A stretch of DNA of 64,000 nucleotides from Antechinus flavipes (taxonomy: Eukaryota), in the NCBI RefSeq assembly GCF_016432865.1, contig NC_067400.1, positions 613,056,001 to 613,120,000 on the forward strand, read 5' to 3'. The notes under the pieces are model-generated. The model was given only the letters and a program-made list of their open reading frames with translations, made no database searches and had not been told where the DNA came from. The position numbers and the translations under genes are program-made. Of this stretch, positions 12,234-24,399 are shown piece by piece (position 1 is the first letter of the stretch; every line of letters starts with the position of its first letter).

Positions 12234-12319
12234 GCCCCGGCCGGGCCCCAAGAGGCTCGCCCTCTATGTGTGCTGGATCTTGTGCTGGTGGAGCATTGGT
12301 CACTTTTCTTCTCATTCGC

Positions 12320-12630
12320 TTGTTTGTGTATTCATTTGTTCTCTCGTTCACTGGTTCCTTGATGCCCATTCGATTTCACAAACATATATTAAGTGCCTAC
12401 TGTGTACCAGGCACTTTCCTAGACCCGAGGTTTACAGACACAAATGAAACAGTCCCTGCCCTCATGAAGCTTCCACTTTACATGGAGGAAACAATGAGTA
12501 TGTAAATTACCTATGTAAATTCAAAGTAATTTAGGGCCCAAGAGAGAATAATCGAATAATCGGGAGGAAGGGGTCAGGAAAGAGCACTGTGACCAATACA
12601 CTTCATAAATGTCGGTTGACTGAAATGCCT
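12320..12630. mobile_element. L2 LINE 3'-end relic(s)
   Basis: Typical L2 tail text (ATTAAGTGCCTACTGTGTACCAGGCAC..CCCTGCCCTCATGAAGCTT; ATAAATGTCGGTTGACTGAA). Confidence 0.6.
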
Positions 12631-12634
12631 ACTT

Positions 12635-12805
12635 CATGTATATTATTTCATTTGATTCTCATGACAACCCTAGGAGATAAGTGCTATTATTCCCATTTTA
12701 CAGTTGAAGAAACTGAGGCAAACAGAAATTAAATGGCTTTCCCACAGTCACACCACCAGTAAGTTACTAAGTGCCTGAGGATGGATTTGAACTCATCTTT
12801 ATGAC
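12635..12805 (-). mobile_element. MIR / CORE-SINE
   Basis: CORE text TTATTATTCCCATTTTACAGTTGAAGAAACTGAGGCAAACAGA..GGATTTGAACTC. Confidence 0.75.
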
Positions 12806-14791
12806 TCTGGAAAAACCGTTCCTCCAGCTTCCATCTTCTGCCTCTTGCAGGAGGCCCAGGAATTGCCCTTTCCTCCTATATACCGCATTCATGTTTCCAC
12901 TGTGATTTCCTTAACTTGTGGGAAATCCTCTCACCAACTCAGATCTCTACCCACCCGTGGTGTGAATGGACACAATGTCTTCCCCGCTAAGGATGTCTAA
13001 AAGGAGGCTGTCCTCTGAAATGTCGGTTACTACATCACAGTGGGACACTGTAAACCCCACGAGTACCTGGCAGTAGGGACACTGGGAATATTCCTAACAC
13101 CTTTTAGCACAGGCAGTCCAAATTAACTCATGTTCCGCCTTCCTTAAGCACCGAAAGGCAGTATGTCACTGTATTAATTATCCAGCAAGGGATACAACAC
13201 CTGAATTGGCCGCCAGGTGGTGATCCTCTTGAGACACTAGACCCGTAGCATAGACCCAAAGGCCTCGGTTTCCTGGCCATAAGAAAGTATTATACCTGTT
13301 ACCCTACTCCACTCTTCAAGTCTCTCTGTAAGTTGCTGGTTAGATTCAGAATCGAATTGAAAGAGATAAAATATAAAAACTCAATTTTATTAATAAATAA
13401 TTCTAACCATTAGCTCAATTCTATAGAGCTCTCAGGTTTGCAAAGCAATTTTCCAAATAGTTTGTTTTATTTTCCCAATGAAGTAAGTGCTATAAGTGCT
13501 ATTGGGACCTTCATTTTACAGAAGAGGAAATGAAACAAAAAATGATTAAGTAATTGGCTCAAGGTTCACACACTTAGCAAATGGTTGAAACCAGTTGGAG
13601 CTTTGGTCTTCTTGACCACCTGACTGGCTAGCTCCAGTCCCACACCACACAACGGCCTTTCCCCTCCACAGTCATACTTCCCCTTCTCCCAATTCTCAAC
13701 ATTCACACTCAAACATACACAAGGCTCCGATATCCAACCCAGCAAAGTGGGCTTATTGAGTGTAGCAAAATGGAAGGAAAATGTTACACATTTTGAAAGG
13801 GATCTATCCAAGCAGAAGATCATAGATCCAGAGCTGTTAAGGGACATCAGAGGCCATCTAGCCCGGCCCCCTCATTTTAAGCCCGATATCTCTCCAAGTC
13901 TCCTTCTTCCCCTCTCCATTTTTCCCAGGGATGGTCAGGGAATCCCCAACCTATGAGCATTCACCGCCTGTGAAAAGGGAATGGGGGGTAGTGTGCGTGC
14001 AGGACCCTTCCTCCGGATCACACACATAAAAGAAATGATTTTTCTCTCTGGGGCACCAACCTGGCAAGAGTAACACAATCGCAAATCCCAAGACTTGGGA
14101 CGGACCCCTTCTGTAGCCCGTCTTTCCCGATGGGCCCCCGGAGTTTGTGGCAACAGCAACAACTGCCCTACGGCTCCCGAAACTGGGCGGTTTAATCTCA
14201 AAGCCAGCTGCGGATAACCTGTACAGAGAGTCCAGGTCCAGGGGCGACCAACAACCAATGTAGTTCTCCATCCTTCTCCAGAGCAGTCGGGAAGTATCAA
14301 AATCCAAAGTGCTCAGAGGGAAATAATCATAACAGCAACAATAATAATGATAAGCCAGCATTTACACAAGGCCTTCAAGTTCACCGCATGGAAGCAAACA
14401 GTGATTAAGTGATTTGTCCAGAATCACACACTCAGCAAATGTCTGTCGTTAGAATGGAACCGGGTTTTCCTGACTACCTAACTGCCCACGGGCCTTTCCA
14501 CTCCATATTCATACTTCCCCTTTGCCCAATTCCCAACACTACACATACATTCACAAGACTCAACTATCCAGTGTCCCAAAGTGTTTATTGAACACAGGAA
14601 AAGTGGGAGGAAAAATCTTACACATTTTAAAATGGATCCATCCCAGCAGAGAATCTAGAGTTGTTAAGAGACATCGGTGGCTATCTAGCCCAGCCCTTTA
14701 TACTTGACAAATATTGTCTCATTTACTTAACAAATATTGTCTCATTTGATCCTCATAGCAACCCCAGGAAGCATCATTATCCCCATTTTTA

Positions 14792-15488
14792 CTTTTTAAT
14801 TTTATTTTTATTTTTTTCCTAAATAATAGCTTTTTATTTTTCTTTTTTCCAGTTGTTTTTTTTTAATAGCTTTTTATTGACAAAACGTATGGGTAATTTT
14901 TCAGCAGAGCTTTTTATTTTTCTTTTCTTTTTTTTTTAAATAACTTTTTATTGACAGAACCCATGCCAGGGTAATTTTTCACAGCATTATTCCTTGCACT
15001 CACTTCTGTTCCGATTTTTCCCCTCCCTGCCTCCACACCCTCCCCGAGATGGCAAGCAGTCCTTTACATGTTGAATAGGTTACAGTATGTCCTAGATACA
15101 ATATATATGTGCAGAACAGAACAATTCTCTTGTTGCACAGGGAGAATTGGATTCAGAAGGGATAAATAACCTGAGAAGAAAAACAAAAATGCAAATAGTT
15201 TATATTCATTTCCCAGTGTTCTTTCTTTGGGTGTAGCTGCTTCTGTTCATCTTTGATCAATTAAAGCTCTCTTTATCAAAGAGATCCACTTCCATCAGAA
15301 TATATCCTCAAACAGTATCGTTGTTGAGGTATATAATGATCTCCTGGTTCTGCTCATTTCATTTATAGCTTTTTATTTTTCAAAGGACATGTAGAGATAG
15401 TTTTCAACCTTCACCCTTGCAAAACTTTGTGTTCCTAATTTTTCTCCCTTCCCACTTTCCCCGTCTCCTAGACAGACCAATATAGGTA
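14792..15488 (-). mobile_element. Nested stack of L1 3'-end fragments inserted in a MIR
   Basis: Outer TSD TATCCCCATTTTTA (14778-14791 and 15489-15502). Inner young L1 3' end at ~14923-15366 and a tiny L1 tail at ~14843-14907, separated by three copies of AGCTTTTTATTTTTC. Confidence 0.8.
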
Positions 15489-17109
15489 TATCCCCATTTT
15501 TACAGAACAGAGGTGAAATGACTTATTCAGAGTCACACCACTGATAAGCGTCCTAGACAGTTACCAAAAGCCAGCCAATCTCGACCTGCTGAATACAAAT
15601 TTCATGCTTCCTTATTCTGACGAGTCTCCTGCCCCAGAACATACATGTTCAAGGCAGCCTAGAAGTTTCCCTGAGTCTCACAGACTCTTTCTTGTCTCAG
15701 GGTTAAACAAAGACAAAAATGAGACAATCTTGACCTCAAGGGGTTTGCACTATATTGGAAGGGGGAAAGCGTTCATAGGATGTTAAATACAAAATATAGT
15801 CAAGGTCATTTGGAGGAGATGGGGAACTGGAACAGGCTTCCTGCAGGAGGCGGCTCTTGAAGTAGAAGTAAGAAGAAAAATCAAGCATTTTTAGGGCTGA
15901 CAGAGCATGTGTTAAACCTGGAAAGGTAGACTGGAACCAGATTGTGGAGAGCTCTAGAAAGCAAATTAGTCTAAATTCTATCCTAGACTCAAAAGGGAAG
16001 AAACTGGGGGTATTTTAGTCTGAAGAAGAGAAGGCTTGGGGGACATAATGGAGCTATCTGGGATTGATGTTGGGGAGATCACCTGGTCAATGGGTCAAGC
16101 TCAAACAGAGAAAAATCTCTGCCCTGCTGTATGTTGACTTAAAAAACCATAAATGAACATTATCTATGTGATATCATAGTTCTATTTATTTTGTTAAACA
16201 TTTCCCAGTTATATTTTAATCTGCTTTGAGGGTGGGACACTTGGGAGTTTTGCAAGCCATTTTCTGTCCACAGTGGAGTGTTACACCTCCGTTAATAACT
16301 CCCTAAGTTTTACAGTTGAAGAAACTGAGTCCAGAAGAGTGACTTACCTGAATTCAGACACAGCATAAATGGCTGAATCTAATTTCAATCTGGGTACAAA
16401 TTCAGAGTGCCCTTCCTCCCTCCCTTTCCTTATTTCTTTTCCACTTCTTCTCTGTCTCAGTTCCTTTCTCTTACCTTTTTAAAATGTATTTTTTAAGAAT
16501 TAAAGGAAACCCATTCTCTCTTTCTCCTCCACTCCCATGCCCGTGATAAAGGAAGAAATTAAAAAAAAAAAAAAACATTGCAACAAATATAATCAAGGAA
16601 AAGAAGTTTCCTCATTGATTTTATCTTGATCTGCATGTAGAGTTCATCACCTTTCTGTCAGAGGCAGATAGCGTGAGTCTTCGGGAATCATGGTTGATCT
16701 TGGAATTGATTGAATTTCATAAATCTTTCAAAGCTAATTTTTTTTTTTTTGCAATATTGTTGTCATCGCATCCACTGGTCTGCTTCTACTCACTTCATTC
16801 TGCATCAGTTTATACAGATCTTCCCAGACGTCTCTGAAATCATCCCCTTCATCAGTTCTTACACAATAAGGTAACACGATGAACACGATGATCGTGTTCC
16901 GTCACATAAGTGGATTGCTGGTTCCTCTCAGAAGCTGGCTTCTTCTCAGAGTCTTTCTTTCTCTTTAGGGATTATGTAATGATCAGGATCTTACTTCTCT
17001 CTGCCTCTCCCCAACTCTGACTCTTCCTCAGGCTCAGAACACTAAGTACTCAATCAGTCTCCACCAAGGAGTCTCTTGTGAATGATTCTTTGAGCTAAGG
17101 GTCACATTG

Positions 17110-17301
17110 CTTGACTCTGATGGACTTAGCTCTTTTCAACAAGGCGGCAATTTGGGCCAATTCAATAGGCTTGTGATGGAGAAAGCCATGTGCACCCGGA
17201 GAGAGGACTGTGGGAACTGAGTGTGGATCACAACGTAATATTTTTACTTTTTTGTTTGTTGTTTGCTTGTTTTTTCTCTATTTTCCCTCCTTTTTGATCT
17301 G

Positions 17302-17341
<40 letters not shown>

Positions 17342-17520
17342 CAAGATGACTGGAAATATGTTTAGAAGAACTGTACTTGTTTTCTAGGGGAGGGAGAAAG
17401 TGGGGAAGAAGGGAGAAAAATATGGAACACAAGGTTTTGCAAAGGTGGATACTGAAAACTATCTTTGCATGTATTTTGAAAAATAAAAAGCTATTATTAT
17501 TATTAAAAATAAAAAAGAAA
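17110..17520 (+). mobile_element. Older marsupial L1 3' end containing a (TG)n microsatellite
   Basis: GAAAGCCATGTGCACCCGGAGAGAGGACTGTGGGAACTGAGTGTGGATCA..TATTTTGAAAAATAAAAAGCT; (TG)n at 17305-17339. Confidence 0.75.
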
Positions 17521-19016
17521 GGTCACATGTGTACATATCAAATCATAGAAGTTTCCTTGAAAAGTATAGCAGCAGAGATAACCTCATTGAATGACCCTTC
17601 GATCATCATTATTTTCTGAGACGATTAGGATTAATTACCTTGTGCAGGGTTACATAGTAGGTGTTTCAGTCTGGATTTGAACTCAGATCCTCTTGATTCC
17701 AGGACCAGTACTCACCTAACTAGCCCAATTGATCATCATTATCAAATGAGGTATAAAACAGGGAGACCTACAAACACCAAAGGAGTTAGTTCATCACCCT
17801 CTTATATGACATCCAGCACAGAAATTAAGAATCAAAGAGAGATTCCCTATCACTAGGAAAGTCTTCCAGACTCTTATATGCAAATGATTTGGGGTTGATT
17901 GCATGTAGCCCCAGAACATCGCACAACCTCTCAAATGAGATCCATAATCACTCAAAAGAGTTCAACTTAACTATCCACACAGGACAAATGAAGTGGATGA
18001 AAAACACCTGTTGTCCAGATGATGACAGTCAGTTCATAGCATTGTAGAATTAGAGTGAGAAGGGATTGCAGAGATCTTCCAGCTGAATCTCTTCATTTTA
18101 AAAGCTAAGGAAACTTGCAGTTTAGAGGTAAAGGCCACACATAAAGAGCACCTAGATGAACAACTACAGAATTTGGAGACTGCAAATGGACAATGAATTG
18201 GGCATCAAATTGAACAGGAAGAGGGCAGCTTTAATTGAAAACTAAACAGGGAAATTGCTCAGATTCTCTCCCCCCCACCCCAAAAAATCAAATTTATTGA
18301 TCATATATTGATTCTTAAAGTTAGAAAATAGAAAACTTTCCTATAGATTAGTGAACATCATGAGGACCCAATCTTTCTCAGATTCTTGACCATTTTTCAC
18401 AATGTTGTTTCATTTACTCTTTTTTGTTTTTTGGTCTTTATATTGCTTTCCTTTCTGAATATATTATCCCTCTTCCCTACCTAGGAAATGACTATGACTA
18501 ACAAAGATCTTAAAAAAAGAGGAAAAAAGTCATTCAATAAAATCATTCATCAACTGTGCCTTGAATAATGCCAATCAATCAATAAGCATTTATTAAGAGA
18601 TAAGGATAAAAATGGAGGGCCATCTCAGAGGAAGGACACTAGCATTAAAGGGGAGCAGGAGATACTTTTTATAGGAGCTGGGACTTTTGATGTGACTTGA
18701 AGGAAATCACAAAAGTTAACAGTCGGTGATGAGAAAGGAGGGCACTCCAAAATGGAGGATAGTCAGTGAAAATTCTCCGGACTTGGGAGATATAATGTTA
18801 TCTGGGAAGAACAGCAAGGAAGCCAGTGTCACGAATGTGAAGAGGGGAAGAAGGTATAAGAAGACTGGAAAAGTAGGAGGGAATCAAATTATGAAAGGTT
18901 TTTAAATCCAAAAAGAAAATCCAGAGAAATCTTAGAGTTTATCTGTCAAGAAACCACAGGAACTATATATGAACATAATTTTTAAAACATTCTTTATACA
19001 AAGATTTAAATAATTT

Positions 19017-19811
19017 TTTAAAAATTTTTATTTAATAATTACTTTATATTGACACTCGTTTCTGTTCCGATTTTTTTTTCCCTCCCTCCCTCCACCCCCT
19101 CCCCTAGATGGCAAGCAGTCCTTTATATGTTGGATATGTTGCAGTATATCCTAGATACAATATATGTTTGCAGAACCGAACAGTTCTCTTGTTGCACAGG
19201 GAGAATTGGATTCAGAAGGTATAAATAACCCGGGAAGAAAAACAAAAATGCAGATAGTTCACATTCGTTTCCCAGTGTTCTTTCTTTGGGTGTAGCTGCT
19301 TTTGTCCGTCATTTATCAATTGAAACTCAGGTCTCTTTGTCAAAGAAATCCACTTCCATCAAAATATGTCCTCATACAATATCGTTGTCGAAGTGTATAA
19401 TGATCTCCTGGTTCTGCTCATTTCACTTAGCATCAGTTCATGTAAGTCTCGCCAGTCCTCTCTGTATTCATCCTGCTGGTCATTTCTTACAGAACAATAA
19501 TATTCCATAACATTCATATACCACAATTTACCCAGCCATTCTCCAATTGATGGGCATCCATTCATTTTCCAGTTTCTAGCCACTACAAACAGGGCTGCCA
19601 CAAACATTTTGGCACATACAGGTCCCTTTCCCTTCTTTAGTATTTCTTTGGGATATAAGCCCAATAGAAACACTGCTGGATCAAAGGGTATGCACAATTT
19701 GATAATTTTTTGGGCATAATTCCAGATTGCTCTCCAGAATGGTTGGATTTGTTCACAGCTCCACCAACAATGCATTAGTGTCCCAGTTTTCCCGCATCCC
19801 CTCCAACATTC
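19017..19811 (-). mobile_element. Young 5'-truncated L1 (ORF2 C-terminus + 3' UTR)
   Basis: ORF 19359-19775 encodes an L1 ORF2 C-terminus (WWSCEQIQPFWRAIWNYAQK..CPSIGEWLGKLWYMNVMEYY). 17-bp TSD AAAGATTTAAATAATTT at 19000-19016 and 19813-19829. Confidence 0.92.
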
Positions 19812-19859
19812 AAAAGATTTAAATAATTTGAGAAAATTTTAATTGCACATAGTATGGGT

Positions 19860-20760
19860 AGCCCTTATAATAAAATGAAAATATCTGAATTTATTTATTT
19901 ATTCAGTGCCGTACCAATCAAACTGCTAAATAATTTTTATAGAGCTAAAAAAAAAATCAAAACAAAATTCATCCGGAAGGAAAAAAACTCATGAATATCA
20001 CGGGAATCAATGAAAAAATGGGAAGGAAAGGGAATCAGTAGTATCAGATCTCAGATTATACTACCAAATTGTAATCATTAGAATAATTTGGTACCATGTA
20101 AGAAATAGAAAGGTTGATCAGGGGAACAGTTCAGGTTCACAACATACAGAAGCAAGTAAGCACAGTAACCTAGAGTTTGATCAACCCAACAGTTGGGGCA
20201 AGAACTCACTATCTGACAAAAACTGTTCAGAAAAAAACTGAAAAGTAATTGCTAGCAGAAATTAGGCTTAGACCAGCATCTCACACCATGTAAAAGACAA
20301 GTACATAATTTAGGAAAAAAAATATAATTTAGGGAAGCATGCAAGAAAATATCTGTCAAACCTACAGACAGAGGAAGACCTTGTGGTTACATAAATTTTA
20401 AAAGTTTGTGCAGGAAAAAACAAATTCAGTTAATAATTAGAAAGGAACCAGGAGATTGGGAAGAGCTGAACAAATGATGGAACACTCTTGTGCCATAAGA
20501 AATGATGAAAGAGATGATTTCAGAGAAACCTGGGAAGAGCTGTGTGAACTGGGACAAAGTGAAGTGAGCAGAATCAGAGCAATTCCTACAACAAAAATAA
20601 TATAAAAACAAACTAAAGATTTAAGATTCAGTGACCAATCCTGACACCAGAAGACCCATGATGAAGCATGTTTCGTGGGGGAATTTGTTTTGCTTTGGTT
20701 GACTATGTATATTTGTTACTAAGTTGTTGTTTTTTCCCCCAATGGTTGAGAGAGGGAAAG
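19860..20760 (+). mobile_element. Degraded old L1 ORF2/3' fragments
   Basis: L1-like text (AGAACTCACTATCTGACAAAAACTG; ATTTCAGAGAAACCTGGGAAGAGCTGTGTGAACTG..GAAGTGAGCAGAA) with many stops and deletions. Confidence 0.65.
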
Positions 20761-20899
20761 GAGAGAAGATTGATTACTGTTAACTAAAAAAAAAAAAAAA
20801 GATTTAGAAAATGAGTTTTAAAAGGAAATATATGATTGAAAACGATAGACTGGTGACGTGGGAAACTGATATTTGGCCTAAGTGCCAATGTAGCCTGGG

Positions 20900-21265
20900 A
20901 GTGCCCAGAGAAGCTGAGGAGGTTCCAAGAAAAGCAGCTTATCAGATGGCAATGGACAGGATAGGTGGGGGGTGGATAGTGCTCCCTCTGCACTATTTCA
21001 GGGAGCATCCACATTGATGGGGTCACAGATCTATGGGTGTGTCTTGAATGAGTTCTCAAATGGAAGAGGAATTGGTAGAAAAAATGAATTTCTTGCACTG
21101 GCTCTCGAAGAAGTAAGTAGGAGCTGCAGGGAGAAGCTGGGAGGGTCCCTAGAATGTGCCTGGGGACTGGTGGTCTCCAGTTTCCCCTTCATTGGAGGTT
21201 TTTAATGGAAGGCTGGATATCAGAGAGGAGATGGCCCCTGAGGTCCTTTCCAGATCTGAGTTTCT
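20900..21265 (+). mobile_element. CR1/L3 LINE 3' relic
   Basis: L3-type 3' end (CCCCTTCATTGGAGGTTTTTAATGGAAGGCTGGAT..CCCCTGAGGTCCTTTCCAGATCTGAG). Confidence 0.55.
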
Positions 21266-21879
21266 CTTACTCTCTTCCCCACATCCCACTCCCATTGAGT
21301 CTCCAAGCACCAGATGGAACTGGGATTAATTCTGGAGACCTCTATACAACCTCAAACTTCCCTTAATTAACACGTCCCCACTTTCCATCGATATTCTGAC
21401 TTTCAAACACTAAAGGGTCCCTTTCCTCAGTATGGTACCCACGTAGGGAGGCCTGAAAGTCACAGCCCGGGATGGGTGGGGAGGGAGAGCGCCCTGGGAG
21501 CCAGAACAGGCATTTGTCTCTGTCTGCTCTCCCAGCCCAGCACCCTGGGGCTCTGCGTCAGCTGGGAGATGTGTGCAGATGGATGGATGTGTGGATAGAT
21601 GAGAGGGTGTGTGAGCTGCCTCAGTCTCTCTAAACTTTCCCCATCCATTAATCTCTGGAGAGTCTAAAGCACTTTCTGGCTCCTCCGCTGGGTCTGGGAT
21701 GTTTGGGAGCTTTCCCCGTCTCCCGAGTGGGGCCTATGTGTGCTAGGGGAAGGCCATGGTACCCAACTGGAAATGGGATGCTGGGGACTGGCTGAACGCC
21801 ACCTCTTTTATTGTGGGGACCTGGAGGCCCTCGTGGGCAGGGTGGGGTTGAGGAGCTGTTATCTGCCCGCTCTTCCCCC

Positions 21880-21980
21880 CCTTCCCTGGGCTGTGAGTCA
21901 TTGAGCCCCCTGGGGCAGGCGGGGATGGATGAGTCAGGGCCCTCCCCTCACATCCCCATAGTTTATAAGACTTGTCCCAG
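21880..21980 (+). promoter_or_regulatory. LGALS7 proximal promoter: two AP-1 sites, TATA box, p53/p63 half-site
   Basis: TGAGTCA at 21894-21900 and 21930-21936; TTTATAA at 21962-21968; AGACTTGTCC (RRRCWWGYYY) at 21968-21977; ATG at 22028. Confidence 0.7.
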
Positions 21981-22027
21981 CTGGCATTCACCTCCCACCA
22001 CCAGATAACACCTGCACAGGCTAGACC

Positions 22028-23748
22028 ATGGCCAACTACGTGAGTGTCTGCTCTGGGAAACCATGGATGGAAGGGGGGAAGATGTCGCTTCCAGCTCTGT
22101 CCCCCTCCACTTGAGCTCTTCTCTATCACCCTTCTCCTTGGCTCTTTGTCTTCCCCATGCTTCCTGTCGCAGTGTGTTCTTGCCAAGCCCCTCTCTGAAT
22201 TTCTGGCTCACCTCCTCTTGTCTGTGTCCTGCAGACCGTCCCTCACAAGGCCCAGCTCCAAGAAGGGCTCCGGCCGGGCTCCGTGATCCGAGTTAGGGGT
22301 ACCCTGCCGCCCAACGCAAATCGGTGAGTCTGGTTCCTGAGGCATGAAGGGCGGGGTCCTGGGGCCCCTGTGCATGTACCAGAGGTGCGTAGGGCCTTGG
22401 CCATTCATCCTGTGATAATTCCTAGGGACAGTTTGGGGGGGGGGCAGATTGGAGCTATGGTTCCCTGAATGGGGACTCCCACCAGGTGTGTCTGGGGGAC
22501 TTGGGGATATGTTTGGGGCTCCAGCTCCCTACCGTTGCCCTAGAACTTCTACCTACAGCCTCTGACTCTAGAAGGCTTGGGAGCTGTGGGTTGCAAGGTT
22601 TGGGCCCAGCGGCCCCCTGACCACCCCCCCATCTCCCCTTACCTCCCCCTTCCCTCCTCCCACCCCTACCCTTGGGACCTCAGGCTGGACGCCATTCCAT
22701 CACCAGCTCCCAGAACCCATCCCTCCACTTGGGGTTGGGGTTCCTGGCGATTTTGTCTGTGTGGGAATCTCGGGTCTGCCCCAGCCCCCTCCGGCAGCCC
22801 TATAGAGCTTCCTAAGGCCTCAGTCCACACTGGACATCCCTGGGAGCCCCAGCCCAGAACCTGCCCCATCCGGGTAATGAAGCCCTCCCCCTCTTCCCGT
22901 CCCAGATCCCCTAAAGCCCTCCCCCACGGGCTCTCCCACCCCGCCCCACCACACCCGTCCCAGATCCCCTAAAGCCCCCTCCCCCAAGGGCTCCCCGTGC
23001 CCCCCACCCCGTGGGCGCTGACGCGGTCCCGCCGCTCTGCCGCAGCTTCCACTTGAACCTCCTGTGCTCCGAAGCCGCGGGGGCGGACGCCGCCCTCCAC
23101 TGCAACCCGCGCCTGGACTCGGGGGAGATGGTGTTTAACTCCTTCCAGAATGGCACCTGGGGGCGCGAGGAGCGGAGCCCCAGCCTCCCCTTCCAGAAAG
23201 GCCAGCCCTTCGACCTGCTCCTCATAACCACGGACGACGGCTTCAAGGTACCCGGCCCGGGCCTGGGGCTTCTTCGCGGGGGATCCCCCAGGACTGGCAG
23301 GACGGGGCACGGCGGGGGGAGCGCTGCCGGGACCCGCTGGCCAGCGCCGTCCGCAGTCCGGGGGCGGAGCCTGGCAGGGCCGGGGAGAGGAGCCCCGGGG
23401 CGTCGGCAGGGACGCGGCCTGCGAGGGAGGCTGGAGGGAGGGGAAGCTTCTGGCCCGGAGGGGCCGGGATGGATGGACCGAAGGCCTTGGACGGCGGATC
23501 CGGAATGGGGAGGCCGGAGGGGACAGGGAAGGGCGTGAGAGGGTCGCAGGCGCGTCCCCTTCCCCTGGACTAGCCCGGGTCTCAGGGATGGCCGGGGAGG
23601 GGCCCGGCTGAGACCTTTCTGCTTCCTTCCCCAGGCCGTGGCGGGTGACAGCGTGTTCCACCACTTCCCGCACCGCATGCCTCTGGCCCTGGTCCGGCTC
23701 CTGGAGGTCGGCGGCGACGTGCAGCTACAGAGCGTATCGGTCCTCTGA
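22028..23748 (+). CDS. LGALS7: Galectin-7, prototype galectin, 4 exons, 138 aa
   Basis: Exons 22028-22039, 22235-22323, 23046-23247, 23635-23748 (417 nt). MANY|TVPHKAQLQEGLRPGSVIRVRGTLPPNANR|FHLNLLCSEAAGADAALHCNPRLDSGEMVFNSFQNGTWGREERSPSLPFQKGQPFDLLLITTDDGFK|AVAGDSVFHHFPHRMPLALVRLLEVGGDVQLQSVSVL*. Exon layout and sequence match galectin-7. Confidence 0.95.
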
Positions 23749-23842
23749 ACATCGGGGCCGTCGGGGCCGTCGGGGCCCGCCAGGGGTTGGGGTTTTTACT
23801 TAAAACTCGAGGCTGGGGAGGGAGGGGAGGGCCTCGACACCT

Positions 23843-23848
23843 AATAAA
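23843..23848 (+). terminator. LGALS7 polyadenylation signal
   Basis: AATAAA 95 nt after the stop codon. Confidence 0.85.
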
Positions 23849-24399
23849 GTCTTTGCCCCCTCCCACCCCGCTCCTGGCTCTCCTGTCTTTCTTCCCACCG
23901 AGGGATGGCGGGATCAACGCGCCCCCCTCTCCAGGCCTTCCCCTCCTGCCTAGAGCATCCTGAGGTGCCCCTCCCCCCCACTCCCTACCTACCGCAGACA
24001 CTCCCTCAGTGCTCCTGGGAAAAAGATGCTAATAAAAAAACCGGGCAGGGAAGGGGGTGGGGCGGGGAAACATGGCCGCTGAGGAGCTGGAGACTCGGTA
24101 ATAATAGTGCCATTTCTGCAGCTCTCTGAGGTTTCAGAGCCCTTACACGTCGTCTCACATAGTCCCTACAACAACCCGTTGAGAGGGTCACATTTTACCG
24201 TAGGGGAAACTGAGGCTCAGAGAGTGGCTTTCCAGGGTCATACAAACTAGCAGGTGTAGTGAGGGGTGGGGGGTGAGGGGCAAACCGAGCTCTAAGTTCC
24301 AATTCTGAACAATGAATCCCTTTCTTCCCCATCCCTCCGCACCTCCCCTCCCTTCCGCGGCCCGCTTTCTCCGGCAGGGCTGCTAGATAGACCGTTAGA

